DNA of 41,141 nucleotides from a bacterium (GTDB lineage Bacteria; Patescibacteriota; Minisyncoccia; UBA6257; GWB1-50-10): NCBI GenBank assembly GCA_021801565.1, contig JAJYXV010000009.1, positions 1 to 41,141 of the forward strand, read 5' to 3'. Shown piece by piece: positions 10,448 to 19,308 of this stretch (position 1 is its first letter; each line of letters starts with the position of its first letter). The notes under the pieces were generated by a model. It saw only the letters and a program-made list of their open reading frames with translations, ran no database searches and was not told where the DNA came from. The position numbers and the translations under genes were made by a program.

Positions 10448-11518
10448 ATGAATTATCAAGAGAAATTAAATGAATTGTTACTTCTTACTGCAAAACAAAA
10501 TGCATCTGATTTGCATATTGCAGTTGGACGAAGGCCGACAATTCGTGTTGACAGTGTACTTATCCCGCTTGCCAAGGAAACGGTGCTTACAAAAGAAGAC
10601 GCAGAAGGATTAATTATGGCACTTCTCAACGATGAACAAAAGAAAGTATTTATTGAGAAGAAACAAGTTGATTTTTCTTATAACTATGAAGACAAAGCAC
10701 GATTCCGCGTAAATACATTTTTTCAAAGAGGGTTTATGGCAGCGGCGCTTCGTTTAATTCCCGCACAAATTCGTACAATTGAAGAATTGATGCTTCCTCC
10801 TATTCTTCACGATTTCACTCGTTTGAATCAGGGGTTCATTCTCATTGTGGGCCCCGCAGGACATGGAAAATCAACAACGCTTGCGGCACTTCTCGATGAG
10901 ATTAACCACACGCGAAACGATCATATTATTACCATTGAAGATCCAATTGAATATCTTTTTTCACAAGATCGTTCAATTATTTCTCAACGGGAAGTGGGAC
11001 AAGATACTATTTCTTTTCAAGATGGACTTCGTTCGATTCTCCGCCAGGATCCAGATGTCATCATGATTGGAGAAATTCGTGATCCGGAAACAATGGCAAT
11101 ATCAATGACATCCGCAGAAACTGGGCATTTGGTGTTTTCAACGCTTCACACAAATTCAGCTTCTCAAACAGTAGATCGTATTATTGATAGTTTTCCTCCA
11201 AATCAACAGGGCCAAATTATTTCTCAACTTGCTTCAACGCTTGTTGCAATCATTTCACAACGTCTTGTTCCGCGCGTTGGGGGAGGACGGGTTCCTGCGA
11301 CCGAAATTATGTTAGTAAATCCCGCAATTAGAAATCTCATCCGTGAAAAGAAGATTTACCAGATAGATCTTGTCATTGAAACAAGCGTGCAAGAGGGGAT
11401 GATGTCTCTTAATAGATCGCTTGTAAACCTTATTAAGAAGAAAGAAGTCTCAATAGAACAAGCAGAAAGTTATTCATTAAATCCTTCCGAACTTAGAATT
11501 CTTCTGGAGCGATCATAA
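10448..11518 (+). CDS. pilT: Type IV pilus retraction ATPase PilT
   Basis: ASDLH, GPAGHGKST, TIEDPIE, AETGHLVFSTLHT and AIRNLIRE motifs. Confidence 0.95.
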   Translation: MNYQEKLNELLLLTAKQNASDLHIAVGRRPTIRVDSVLIPLAKETVLTKEDAEGLIMALLNDEQKKVFIEKKQVDFSYNYEDKARFRVNTFFQRGFMAAALRLIPAQIRTIEELMLPPILHDFTRLNQGFILIVGPAGHGKSTTLAALLDEINHTRNDHIITIEDPIEYLFSQDRSIISQREVGQDTISFQDGLRSILRQDPDVIMIGEIRDPETMAISMTSAETGHLVFSTLHTNSASQTVDRIIDSFPPNQQGQIISQLASTLVAIISQRLVPRVGGGRVPATEIMLVNPAIRNLIREKKIYQIDLVIETSVQEGMMSLNRSLVNLIKKKEVSIEQAESYSLNPSELRILLERS

Positions 11519-11531
11519 TAGTAGAGATTCA

Positions 11532-11648
11532 TCCCGTTAGAGACCGCGATCGTGTATATATAACATTAATCTGGAAATTATGGATATTGTCGAAAACATA
11601 ACACATAAAAACAAATCGCGTCTTTTGATCGCGATCTGTCTAACGGGA
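11532..11648. mobile_element. Non-coding inverted-repeat element (family 2, tcccgtta...taacggga) on the pilC start
   Basis: Arms ttcatcccgttaga(gaccgcgatc) and (gatcgcgatctg)tctaacgggatgaa; same termini as the GIY-YIG element at 35070-35366. Confidence 0.75.
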
Positions 11649-12853
11649 TGAAATTCAATTATAAAGCACGAACAAAAGAAGGAGAGCTTCAAGTGGGAAA
11701 TGTGGAGGCTACCAACCGTGACTCCGCACTTAATATTCTATTAAGCCATGGGCTTTTTATTTTGAATCTTGAGGAAGTAAAAGGTGATGAATGGTACGAT
11801 CGCATACTTGGATTTTTAAAGCGCATAAAAACCGCGGATATTATGGTATTTACACGCCAATTTGCGACGCTCATCGCGTCACAGGTATCATTATCGGATA
11901 GTTTGACAAATCTATACAAACAGACAACAAATCCGATTTTGAAAGAAACAATTTATGATCTTGGAAATGATATCAATGCCGGATTTTCCCTTTCACAGGC
12001 GCTTGAAAAGCATCCTGGAATTTTTTCAGATTTTTATGTCAACATGGTGAAATCAGCTGAGGTAACGGGACGATTAGGAGAAGTACTGGATTTTTTGGCA
12101 GATTATCTTGAAAAACAAGCACTGCTCAAATCAAAGGTACAGAATGCATTATTTTATCCAGCATTTGTCATTGTTTTGTTTTTTGTGGTTATTCTTGTGA
12201 TGGTTACGTTTGTTATTCCACAGATTATGCCTATTTTCACCGAAGCAAAAATTGAGCTCCCGTTTTATACAAAGATGCTTATCAGTTTCGGCACCTTTAT
12301 AAGTAGTTGGTGGTGGGCGACGCTTATTATGCTCGGGGTGTTTGTGTTTGTGCTCATCGACTATTTTCAAAGCAGAGAAGGAAAAATTGTGTTTGACGAA
12401 TTAAGCTTAAGACTTCCCGTTATCGGAAAATTGTTTCAAAAACTTTACATTGCCCGTTTTGCAGAATCAACGCGCGTGCTTATTAAGGGGGGACTTACCA
12501 TTCCTCAAGCAATTGAGATTTCTTCACGAACAATTGGAAATGTGGTATATCAAAATCTCTTACAAAATGCATCAGAAGAAATTCGAAAAGGGAAATTACT
12601 TTCGAAAATACTTGAAGGAATTGAAGAATTTCCCCCGCTTGTTTCGCAGTTGGTAAGCATCGGTGAGTCAACTGGGCGTCTTGAGGATTTACTTAAAAAA
12701 ATAAACGATTTTTACACGCGTGAAATTGAAGATATGGTGAATAATTTGGTAACACTTATTCAGCCGGCGCTTATGGTTTTGATTGGGGGTGGGGTCGCAC
12801 TGCTTTTTGCTTCCATTCTTCTCCCACTTTATAGTCTCACACAAAGTTTCTGA
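11648..12853 (+). CDS. pilC: Type IV pilus platform protein PilC (T2SS F family)
   Basis: FTRQFATL, F...YVNMVKSAEVTGRL, GESTGRL and IQPALM motifs; three TM segments. Confidence 0.95.
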   Translation: MKFNYKARTKEGELQVGNVEATNRDSALNILLSHGLFILNLEEVKGDEWYDRILGFLKRIKTADIMVFTRQFATLIASQVSLSDSLTNLYKQTTNPILKETIYDLGNDINAGFSLSQALEKHPGIFSDFYVNMVKSAEVTGRLGEVLDFLADYLEKQALLKSKVQNALFYPAFVIVLFFVVILVMVTFVIPQIMPIFTEAKIELPFYTKMLISFGTFISSWWWATLIMLGVFVFVLIDYFQSREGKIVFDELSLRLPVIGKLFQKLYIARFAESTRVLIKGGLTIPQAIEISSRTIGNVVYQNLLQNASEEIRKGKLLSKILEGIEEFPPLVSQLVSIGESTGRLEDLLKKINDFYTREIEDMVNNLVTLIQPALMVLIGGGVALLFASILLPLYSLTQSF

Positions 12854-12858
12854 GGATA

Positions 12859-12988
12859 TTTGGTACAAAAGACTCGACCCTCCTGTTTTTATAGTGAAAA
12901 GTTATTACCTCTCTATAAAAAATTTTTATGCGGGTTTCATTCTGTTTTTAGAACAAAAGTAATGCATTATCGAGTTTTCACTGCCAGA
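12859..12988. mobile_element. Degenerate family-1 TIR element upstream of the major pilin promoter
   Basis: Right end atcgagttttcactgccaga; left end tttggtacaaaagactcgac matches its reverse complement at about 13/20. Confidence 0.55.
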
Positions 12989-13037
12989 TGTGATATAATA
13001 AACATAATAACTTAGGTCGAAAAATTCTTTTTGAAAT

Positions 13038-13445
13038 ATGAAAAATAATAAGGGGTTCACACTTATCGAAATGTTAGTTGTAGTCGCAATTATTGGCATT
13101 CTTTCGGCTACAGTCTTGGTGGCGCTTGGTCCCTCACGCGATAAAGCGAGAGACTCAAGAATTATGGGTGCGGTACAGCAGGCGAGAGCATTGTATGAAG
13201 CAAGTTACGATGCATCAAGCGGAACATATGTGCTGAGCGCAGATACACAAACCAAATTAACCGCTCTTAACGATGATATAGTAAATCAGGGGGTAAGTAC
13301 CGGATTGGTTCAGTCGGGCGATGGGACAAGTGAATATGTTGTCTCGGCTGCGTTGAAGAGTGATAGCACAAAAACTTTTTGCGCTGATAGCACCGGATAT
13401 AGCGGTACGATGGATACCGCTCCAACCGCAACATCTTGTAAATAA
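13038..13445 (+). CDS. Type IV major pilin
   Basis: MKNNKG|FTLIEMLVVVAIIGIL class III signal; C-terminal FCADSTG...C disulfide region; own promoter and terminator. Confidence 0.92.
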   Translation: MKNNKGFTLIEMLVVVAIIGILSATVLVALGPSRDKARDSRIMGAVQQARALYEASYDASSGTYVLSADTQTKLTALNDDIVNQGVSTGLVQSGDGTSEYVVSAALKSDSTKTFCADSTGYSGTMDTAPTATSCK

Positions 13446-13454
13446 CCTTGATAT

Positions 13455-13489
13455 AAAAAACACCCCCGCAAAGAGCGAGGATGTTTTTT
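13455..13489 (+). terminator. Intrinsic terminator after the major pilin
   Basis: aaaaaacacccccgc ... gcgaggatgtttttt imperfect stem plus T-tract. Confidence 0.6.
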
Positions 13490-13511
13490 ATATTTGTGAT
13501 ATAATTTTTTT

Positions 13512-14414
13512 ATGACCTCGATAGTTTTCTTTTGCTTATTTATTTTTGGTCTTGCGATCGGGAGTTTTCTCAATGTTCTTATATTTCGTTATTCTCCTGA
13601 AGGGAGGTTTTTTAACATAAAGGATATATTAGGACGATCTCACTGTATGTCATGCCGGAAAACACTTGAAGCAAAAGAACTTATTCCACTTTTTAGCTTC
13701 CTTTTTCTTAGGGGAAGGTGTTCCTCATGCGGGGAAAGAATTTCCCTTCAGTATCCGATTGTCGAATTTTTGAGTGGTGGAATTTTTGTTCTCATTCCAC
13801 TTTTTTTAAACTCGTTTTTTGGAATACGAAGCGTGTTGTTTTTCTCTCTTTTGGCTCCTGGATGGTATTATCTTTTTATTCTTTTGTGGATTCTTATATT
13901 CCTTTCCCTCCTCCTTATTTTTGTTATTGACCTGAAACACTACATTATTCCCGACGGACTTAACATTTTCATTTTTGTTTCTGGTGTGGCACTTACCCTT
14001 CTCTTTGCATTCAATGAGACACACATTCTTCCGTTTCGCGAATCATTTTTGAGAAATTATACACTCGTATTTTCTCCGTTCCAAAATGTATTTTATAATC
14101 ATTTATTGGGATTTTTTGGCGGCGGTCTTTTCTTTCTTTTTTTATTTTTCATAAGCAAGGGAAAGGGAATGGGAATGGGTGATGTAAAACTCGCATTTGC
14201 CTTAGGGATGGTGCTCGGATGGCCTGATATTGTGCTGGTGAGCATGATCGCCTTTATTCTCGGTGGAATATGGGCGGCGATCTTATATTTTTCAAAAAAG
14301 AAAACAATGAGAGATAAACTTCCATTTGCTCCATTCTTTGTTATTGCGTCTGTGATCACGATATTTTTTGGATTTAATCTTATAAAAGGATATTTCCTCC
14401 TTTTTAATCTCTAG
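13512..14414 (+). CDS. pilD: Prepilin peptidase (A24A) PilD
   Basis: GSFLNV, RSHC..C, GRC..C...ISLQYPIVE, IDL, GMGMGDVKL and LPFAPF motifs. Confidence 0.95.
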   Translation: MTSIVFFCLFIFGLAIGSFLNVLIFRYSPEGRFFNIKDILGRSHCMSCRKTLEAKELIPLFSFLFLRGRCSSCGERISLQYPIVEFLSGGIFVLIPLFLNSFFGIRSVLFFSLLAPGWYYLFILLWILIFLSLLLIFVIDLKHYIIPDGLNIFIFVSGVALTLLFAFNETHILPFRESFLRNYTLVFSPFQNVFYNHLLGFFGGGLFFLFLFFISKGKGMGMGDVKLAFALGMVLGWPDIVLVSMIAFILGGIWAAILYFSKKKTMRDKLPFAPFFVIASVITIFFGFNLIKGYFLLFNL

Positions 14415-14470
14415 AGAGGAAGGATTTTTTTTGCTAGAATAAAGGGTAATGAGAAGAGATGATGGGTTTA

Positions 14471-14621
14471 CTCGGCAGTACCCGTCTGCCGTCGGGCGGG
14501 GAAACTCGATATATCACGTTTTTATGGACGACGTGGTTTTATTCGTATAAATCTATATATTCAAAACAATATGTTTTATAGAAAGAAATATAAAAAAGAC
14601 AATCGAGTTTTCACTACTGGG
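14471..14621. mobile_element. Family-1 TIR element inserted in a prepilin cleavage site, with a nested 20-nt hairpin
   Basis: ctcggcagta[cccgtctgccgtcgggcggg]gaaactcgat ... atcgagttttcactactggg, flanked by TTTA direct repeats (14467-14470 and 14622-14625). Confidence 0.85.
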
Positions 14622-15104
14622 TTTACATTAGTGGAGACTCTCGTCGTGATCGGCATTTTAATGTTGCTTACTACTTCACTTATCGCATACACTCGATCTT
14701 CTGGAAAGCAAATTGTCTTGTATACAGAACAAGCAAAACTCATTGGCGCCTTAAATAAAGCAAAATCATTAGCGCTTCAAAGAAACATGGCAGAAAGCGT
14801 TTGTGCATACGGGATTCGTTTCACGGGGTCTAACACATATGAAATTGTACAAGTTCCGAATATTCAAGTGAGTGGACAGTCATATGCTGCATGTGATGAA
14901 ACGCAGGCGTCATCATACGGAGAGACATATATCATGAGCGCCCCAATAGTTATTTCAAATTCTCCGGGACAAATCACATTTGAGGGTCCGTATATAAAAG
15001 TGCTTGAAGGAGGCAAAACCGTTGAGTTAGAGGTGAGTGGATCGTCCCCACTCCTGAAAGCGGAAGTGGTGGTAAGCGGGATGGGGGGAATTTCAACACA
15101 ATAA
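14571..15104 (+). CDS. Minor pilin (FimU/GspH-like)
   Basis: TG|FTLVETLVVIGIL. The present start lies inside the inserted element; the ancestral start is ATG 14449 (MRRDDGFT). Confidence 0.85.
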   Translation: MFYRKKYKKDNRVFTTGFTLVETLVVIGILMLLTTSLIAYTRSSGKQIVLYTEQAKLIGALNKAKSLALQRNMAESVCAYGIRFTGSNTYEIVQVPNIQVSGQSYAACDETQASSYGETYIMSAPIVISNSPGQITFEGPYIKVLEGGKTVELEVSGSSPLLKAEVVVSGMGGISTQ

Positions 15105-15105
15105 T

Positions 15106-15627
15106 ATGCATCAACTAATCAGAGACAAAAGCGGAAGTTTAATGGTTGAACTTATGGTAACCGCAAGTCTTATTATGATCGGACTTATAGGGATTTTTTC
15201 TCTCATTATCCACTCAACAAGTATGAATAAAGATGTGGTGCATCGTTTTGAAGCAACATATCTTGCGGCAGAAGGAATCGAAATTATGAAACATGTCATT
15301 GATACAGACGTAGCAATTCCGGATACTGCATTTTTTAATTCAACACTAAATCATGACCAGAATTATGAGGTACAGTATGACACAGATAGAGATCTCGGAC
15401 TGACTGAAATATACGGTTCTTCAACTACGCCTCTGTGGCTCAATGAATCAACAGGACTGTACAGTTATAACAAGGCAGGAAAAGAAACTCCTTATAAACG
15501 AACGGTGGCAGTGGTAAGTGGGAGTAATGAAATAACAGTAAAATCTGAAGTTGAATGGAACGTTGGGGGAGAAAGAAATGTTGTTGATCTTGAAGAGGTA
15601 TTTAAAAATTGGAGAGAAAGAAATTAA
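15106..15627 (+). CDS. Minor pilin (PilV-like)
   Basis: SG|SLMVELMVT hydrophobic N-terminus, ATYLAAEGIE motif, YKRTV..V...V.W C-terminus. Confidence 0.8.
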   Translation: MHQLIRDKSGSLMVELMVTASLIMIGLIGIFSLIIHSTSMNKDVVHRFEATYLAAEGIEIMKHVIDTDVAIPDTAFFNSTLNHDQNYEVQYDTDRDLGLTEIYGSSTTPLWLNESTGLYSYNKAGKETPYKRTVAVVSGSNEITVKSEVEWNVGGERNVVDLEEVFKNWRERN

Positions 15628-15661
15628 TATATGAACGCAAAAAGTAAAAATAATGGGCCTG

Positions 15662-15762
15662 TCCCGCACTTTTTTGAAATGGGTTTTAAAACTCTTAAAG
15701 ACTTTTTTTTGAAAATAAAGACTACCTTTTCATTAGGTGCGCATATAAGAAAAGGTGCGGGG
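15662..15762. mobile_element. In-frame palindromic insertion (family 3, cccgcac...gtgcggg) in a prepilin leader
   Basis: Arms cccgcacttttt / aaaaggtgcggg; removing 15658-15762 (105 nt) restores MNAKSKNNG-FT from ATG 15631. Confidence 0.7.
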
Positions 15763-15766
15763 TTTA

Positions 15767-15890
15767 CCCAGTAGTGAAAACTTGGTATGAATAATATCTG
15801 TTAATTTTCATATTTCAAAACAAAATTATTTATCACATGCTGAAGAAATATAAACAACTTTTCACACAACACCAAGTTTCTACTACCGGG
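15767..15890. mobile_element. Family-1 TIR element inserted in a prepilin cleavage site
   Basis: cccagtagtgaaaacttggt ... accaagtttctactaccggg (17/20 inverted match), flanked by TTTA direct repeats. Confidence 0.85.
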
Positions 15891-16475
15891 TTTACTCTCG
15901 TTGAACTGTTGGTTGCAATGGCGGTATTTGGAATTCTTATGTCGCTTGCAATTGGTGTTTTTGTGAGCGCAATAAAAGCACAAAGAGATCTTGGTGATCT
16001 TATGTCGGTGAATAACAACTTAAATCTTGTGCTTGAACAGATGTCTCGGGAGATGCGCATGGGATATTTCGATGTCTCCCAGTATGAAGCGATTATGGGA
16101 CAAATCAATATCACTCCCTGTCTCTCTTCCCTTTCATTCAGAACAATGCAAACAAATGATCCTAAAACAGAAGGAGAAACAGTAACATATTCTTTTTCGA
16201 GTGCGGATAAAACAATACAAAAAAACGGCGAACCCATTACAGGGAAAAATGTTGCAGTGGAAACGCTTTGTTTTCGGGTGCAACAATATAAGAAATCGAC
16301 GAATCCATCAGCAAATCCTAATTACAACTGTAATCCATGGAGAATTGGAATTTCGCTCGCGGTGAAACCAAAAAACGCAAAATCCGATGTACGGACATAT
16401 ATTGAAACAGCGGTAAGCATGAGAGTATTTCCGATAGAAGTAACAACAGATCCGTATCAATGCAGAAGATCATAA
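15837..16475 (+). CDS. Minor pilin (PilW/GspJ-like)
   Basis: TG|FTLVELLVAMAVFGIL and LEQMSREMR. The present start lies inside the inserted element; the ancestral start is ATG 15631. Confidence 0.85.
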   Translation: MLKKYKQLFTQHQVSTTGFTLVELLVAMAVFGILMSLAIGVFVSAIKAQRDLGDLMSVNNNLNLVLEQMSREMRMGYFDVSQYEAIMGQINITPCLSSLSFRTMQTNDPKTEGETVTYSFSSADKTIQKNGEPITGKNVAVETLCFRVQQYKKSTNPSANPNYNCNPWRIGISLAVKPKNAKSDVRTYIETAVSMRVFPIEVTTDPYQCRRS

Positions 16476-16482
16476 TAATTAT

Positions 16483-16923
16483 ATGGAAAATAATAAAAAA
16501 AAATCTGGACAGATGATGATACTTACCGCAATTATTTTAGGTGGCGTTGCCTTAAGTGCGTCTGTTATTGCGGGAATGCTTATGTTTTATCAGTTGCGTG
16601 AGGTGAACGACACCGTGAAATCGGGTATGGCACTTTTTGCTGCGGATACTGGCGTTGAAAGTACGTTATATTGTTATTTTAAGGAACCGGGAACGGAAAA
16701 TTTAGATTATAGTCAAAAATGTAAGTTGTCCGGGTCACTTTCAAACGGAACAACATACACAACAGAACTTTCTTGTGTGGATAGTAGTGGATTTCACATA
16801 GTGAATTGTTTAGATCCAAATAAAGAAGATTCGGGGGTATATGGAATTCGTATTAAATCAATTGGAAAAAAAGATACAGTGGAAAGAGTGGTGGATTCTC
16901 TTTTCTCAGTCCGCTTTAATTAG
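16483..16923 (+). CDS. Minor pilin (PilX-like)
   Basis: SG|QMMILTAII lacking E5, and ALFAADTGVE motif; last gene of the minor pilin set. Confidence 0.8.
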   Translation: MENNKKKSGQMMILTAIILGGVALSASVIAGMLMFYQLREVNDTVKSGMALFAADTGVESTLYCYFKEPGTENLDYSQKCKLSGSLSNGTTYTTELSCVDSSGFHIVNCLDPNKEDSGVYGIRIKSIGKKDTVERVVDSLFSVRFN

Positions 16924-16934
16924 TTTTTATAAGC

Positions 16935-18980
16935 ATGATGAAACGCGATGAGGTACGAAAACGCATAATAAAACTTCAAAAACTTATTGAGTATCATCGG
17001 ATGCTCTATCATACATTTGACACGCCAGAAATTTCTGATGCTGCGTTTGATGCACTAAACAACGAATTAAAAACGCTTGAACGAGCATACCCTGAATTCG
17101 TAAAAAAAAATCTAGTGACACAAAAAATTGGGGGGAATGTGCTAGAAAAGTTTGAAAAAGTATCCCACAAAACACCAATGCTCTCGTTTAATGACGCATT
17201 TTCTGAAGAAGAAATGCATGAATGGCAAGAACGTGTAAAGAATTATCTTTTATCGCTTGGAGAGAAAAACAGAGATGAATTTTATTGTGAATTAAAAATT
17301 GATGGATTGGCGATTGAGCTACAGTATGAAAATGGCGCGCTGGTACAAGGATCAACACGCGGAGATGGATATGTTGGAGAGGATATTACAGAAAACATAA
17401 AAACAATTTCTACCGTTCCTCAGATGCTGACGCAACTTGGGAAATGGCAAATTCCACAATATCTTACCGTGCGAGGTGAAGTATTTATTACGAAAAAAGA
17501 ATTAGATCGAATCAATAGAGAGCAGGAAAAGAAGGGTTTAAGGCCATATGTGAATACGAGAAATCTTGCGGCAGGATCGGTGCGGCAACTTGATTCTTCG
17601 ATCACCGCACTTAGGAAATTGAACTCATTTCAATATGACATTGTAACAAAGACTGATTTTCCTATTGCCACACATGAGGAAAAGCATAAAATACTTGCCT
17701 CATGGGGATTTGTAATAAATCCGCATGATAAAAAAGTCCGGTCGTTAGATGAAGTGTTTCGTTTTAGAAATATATGGGAAAAAAAACGCAATGAACTTGA
17801 ATATGAAATTGACGGAGTTGTGGTAATTCAAAACAACAATACTCTTTTTGAACGTGCGGGAGTGGTTGGAAAAGCGCCACGAGCGGCGGTTGCATATAAA
17901 TTTCCCCCAAAAGAAGCAACAACAATTGTTCAGGGGATTAAGATACAGGTGGGGCGAACCGGTGTGCTTACTCCTGTCGCGGAATTGGATCCGGTGTTTG
18001 TGGGGGGGGTCACTATAGCGCATGCGACACTCCATAACTATGACGAAATTAAACGATTGGGGATAAAAATAGGAGATACAGTTATTGTAAATCGTGCAGG
18101 AGACGTAATTCCGAAAATTGTGCGTGTGCTTCCAGAACTCCGAACGGGGAAAGAAAAGATATTTAAAATGCCAAGTCGCTGTCCGGTAGATGGAGGAGAA
18201 ATAATCGAAGAGGGAGCGCTCTATCGATGTAAAAACATAACATGCGGTGCGCGGCACAAGGAACAACTCTATCATTTTGTATCACGTGGTGCTTTTGATA
18301 TTCGTGGTCTTGGACAGAAGGTAATTGATCGGTTTCTCGATGAGGGGTTAATTTCTGACGCCCCTGATATTTTTACTCTCGAAAAAGGTGATATTGCGGT
18401 GCTCGAAAGATTTGGTGAAAAGTCTGCGGAAAACATTGTGAATGAAATAAGGGCAAAAAAAAACATTATACTTCCACGATTTTTATACAGCTTGGGGATA
18501 TTACATGTTGGAGAGGAAACGGCGCGTTTGCTTTCGGAAAAGGCGAGTGAAAAAAAAGACATAACATCTCCAAAAAACGTGTTCCTATTTTTTTCAGGAT
18601 TATCAAAAGAATCATTACAGCAAATTCCCGATATTGGACCAAAGGTAGCAGAGAGTATTTTTTCTTGGTTCTCTCGTGAAAAAAATAGGAAATTGGTTGA
18701 AAAATTTGATACCGTTGGCGTGCGCATTGTGCAGGAAAAGAGAAGTAAAGAAGAAAAACTTCGTGGGAAAATATTCGTGTTCACTGGAACACTTGTCTCT
18801 TTAGAGCGAGAAAGCGCGAAAGAGCGAGTGAGATCTCTCGGTGGTGAAGCATCAGAAACCGTATCTCAAAAAACCAGTTTTGTAGTAGCGGGCGAAAATC
18901 CCGGATCAAAAATTGAAAAAGCAAAAAAACTTAACGTACAGGTTCTTACTGAAAAAGAATTTCTTGCACTTCTTTCATGA
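16935..18980 (+). CDS. ligA: NAD-dependent DNA ligase
   Basis: ELKIDG active site, TRGDG..GEDIT, QVGRTG, zinc finger, HhH repeats and C-terminal BRCT domain. Confidence 0.97.
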   Translation: MMKRDEVRKRIIKLQKLIEYHRMLYHTFDTPEISDAAFDALNNELKTLERAYPEFVKKNLVTQKIGGNVLEKFEKVSHKTPMLSFNDAFSEEEMHEWQERVKNYLLSLGEKNRDEFYCELKIDGLAIELQYENGALVQGSTRGDGYVGEDITENIKTISTVPQMLTQLGKWQIPQYLTVRGEVFITKKELDRINREQEKKGLRPYVNTRNLAAGSVRQLDSSITALRKLNSFQYDIVTKTDFPIATHEEKHKILASWGFVINPHDKKVRSLDEVFRFRNIWEKKRNELEYEIDGVVVIQNNNTLFERAGVVGKAPRAAVAYKFPPKEATTIVQGIKIQVGRTGVLTPVAELDPVFVGGVTIAHATLHNYDEIKRLGIKIGDTVIVNRAGDVIPKIVRVLPELRTGKEKIFKMPSRCPVDGGEIIEEGALYRCKNITCGARHKEQLYHFVSRGAFDIRGLGQKVIDRFLDEGLISDAPDIFTLEKGDIAVLERFGEKSAENIVNEIRAKKNIILPRFLYSLGILHVGEETARLLSEKASEKKDITSPKNVFLFFSGLSKESLQQIPDIGPKVAESIFSWFSREKNRKLVEKFDTVGVRIVQEKRSKEEKLRGKIFVFTGTLVSLERESAKERVRSLGGEASETVSQKTSFVVAGENPGSKIEKAKKLNVQVLTEKEFLALLS

Positions 18981-19002
18981 CATGATAAGGTAAAACATAT
19001 CT

Positions 19003-19302
19003 ATGAGTGATAAAATCAATGAAAAAACAATAGAACACCTTGCAAAATTAGCTCGTATCGAGTTGGAAAAAGACGCAAAGAAAAACAAAAAATTACTCTT
19101 GGATCTTTCCTCGATTCTTGATTATTTTGAAAATCTGAAAGCCGTTGATACCGCAGGTATTTCTCCAACAATCGGAAGTGCATTAGTAAAAAACGCATAT
19201 CGGGAGGATGAGGAACTTGATATCTCGAACCTTTCTCTTCTTAAGAACCAGTTTCCGAAGTCGGAGAATGAATATTTAAAAATACCCCCAGTATTTGAAT
19301 AA
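19003..19302 (+). CDS. gatC: Asp/Glu-tRNA amidotransferase subunit C
   Basis: HLAKLARIEL...ILDYFENLKAVDT; directly upstream of gatA. Confidence 0.9.
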   Translation: MSDKINEKTIEHLAKLARIELEKDAKKNKKLLLDLSSILDYFENLKAVDTAGISPTIGSALVKNAYREDEELDISNLSLLKNQFPKSENEYLKIPPVFE

Positions 19303-19308
19303 AGTAAC

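Noticed and set aside
17745-18784. Long antisense ORFs inside ligA (176 and 170 aa)
   Set aside because: Antisense shadows of a conserved gene with no independent signals.
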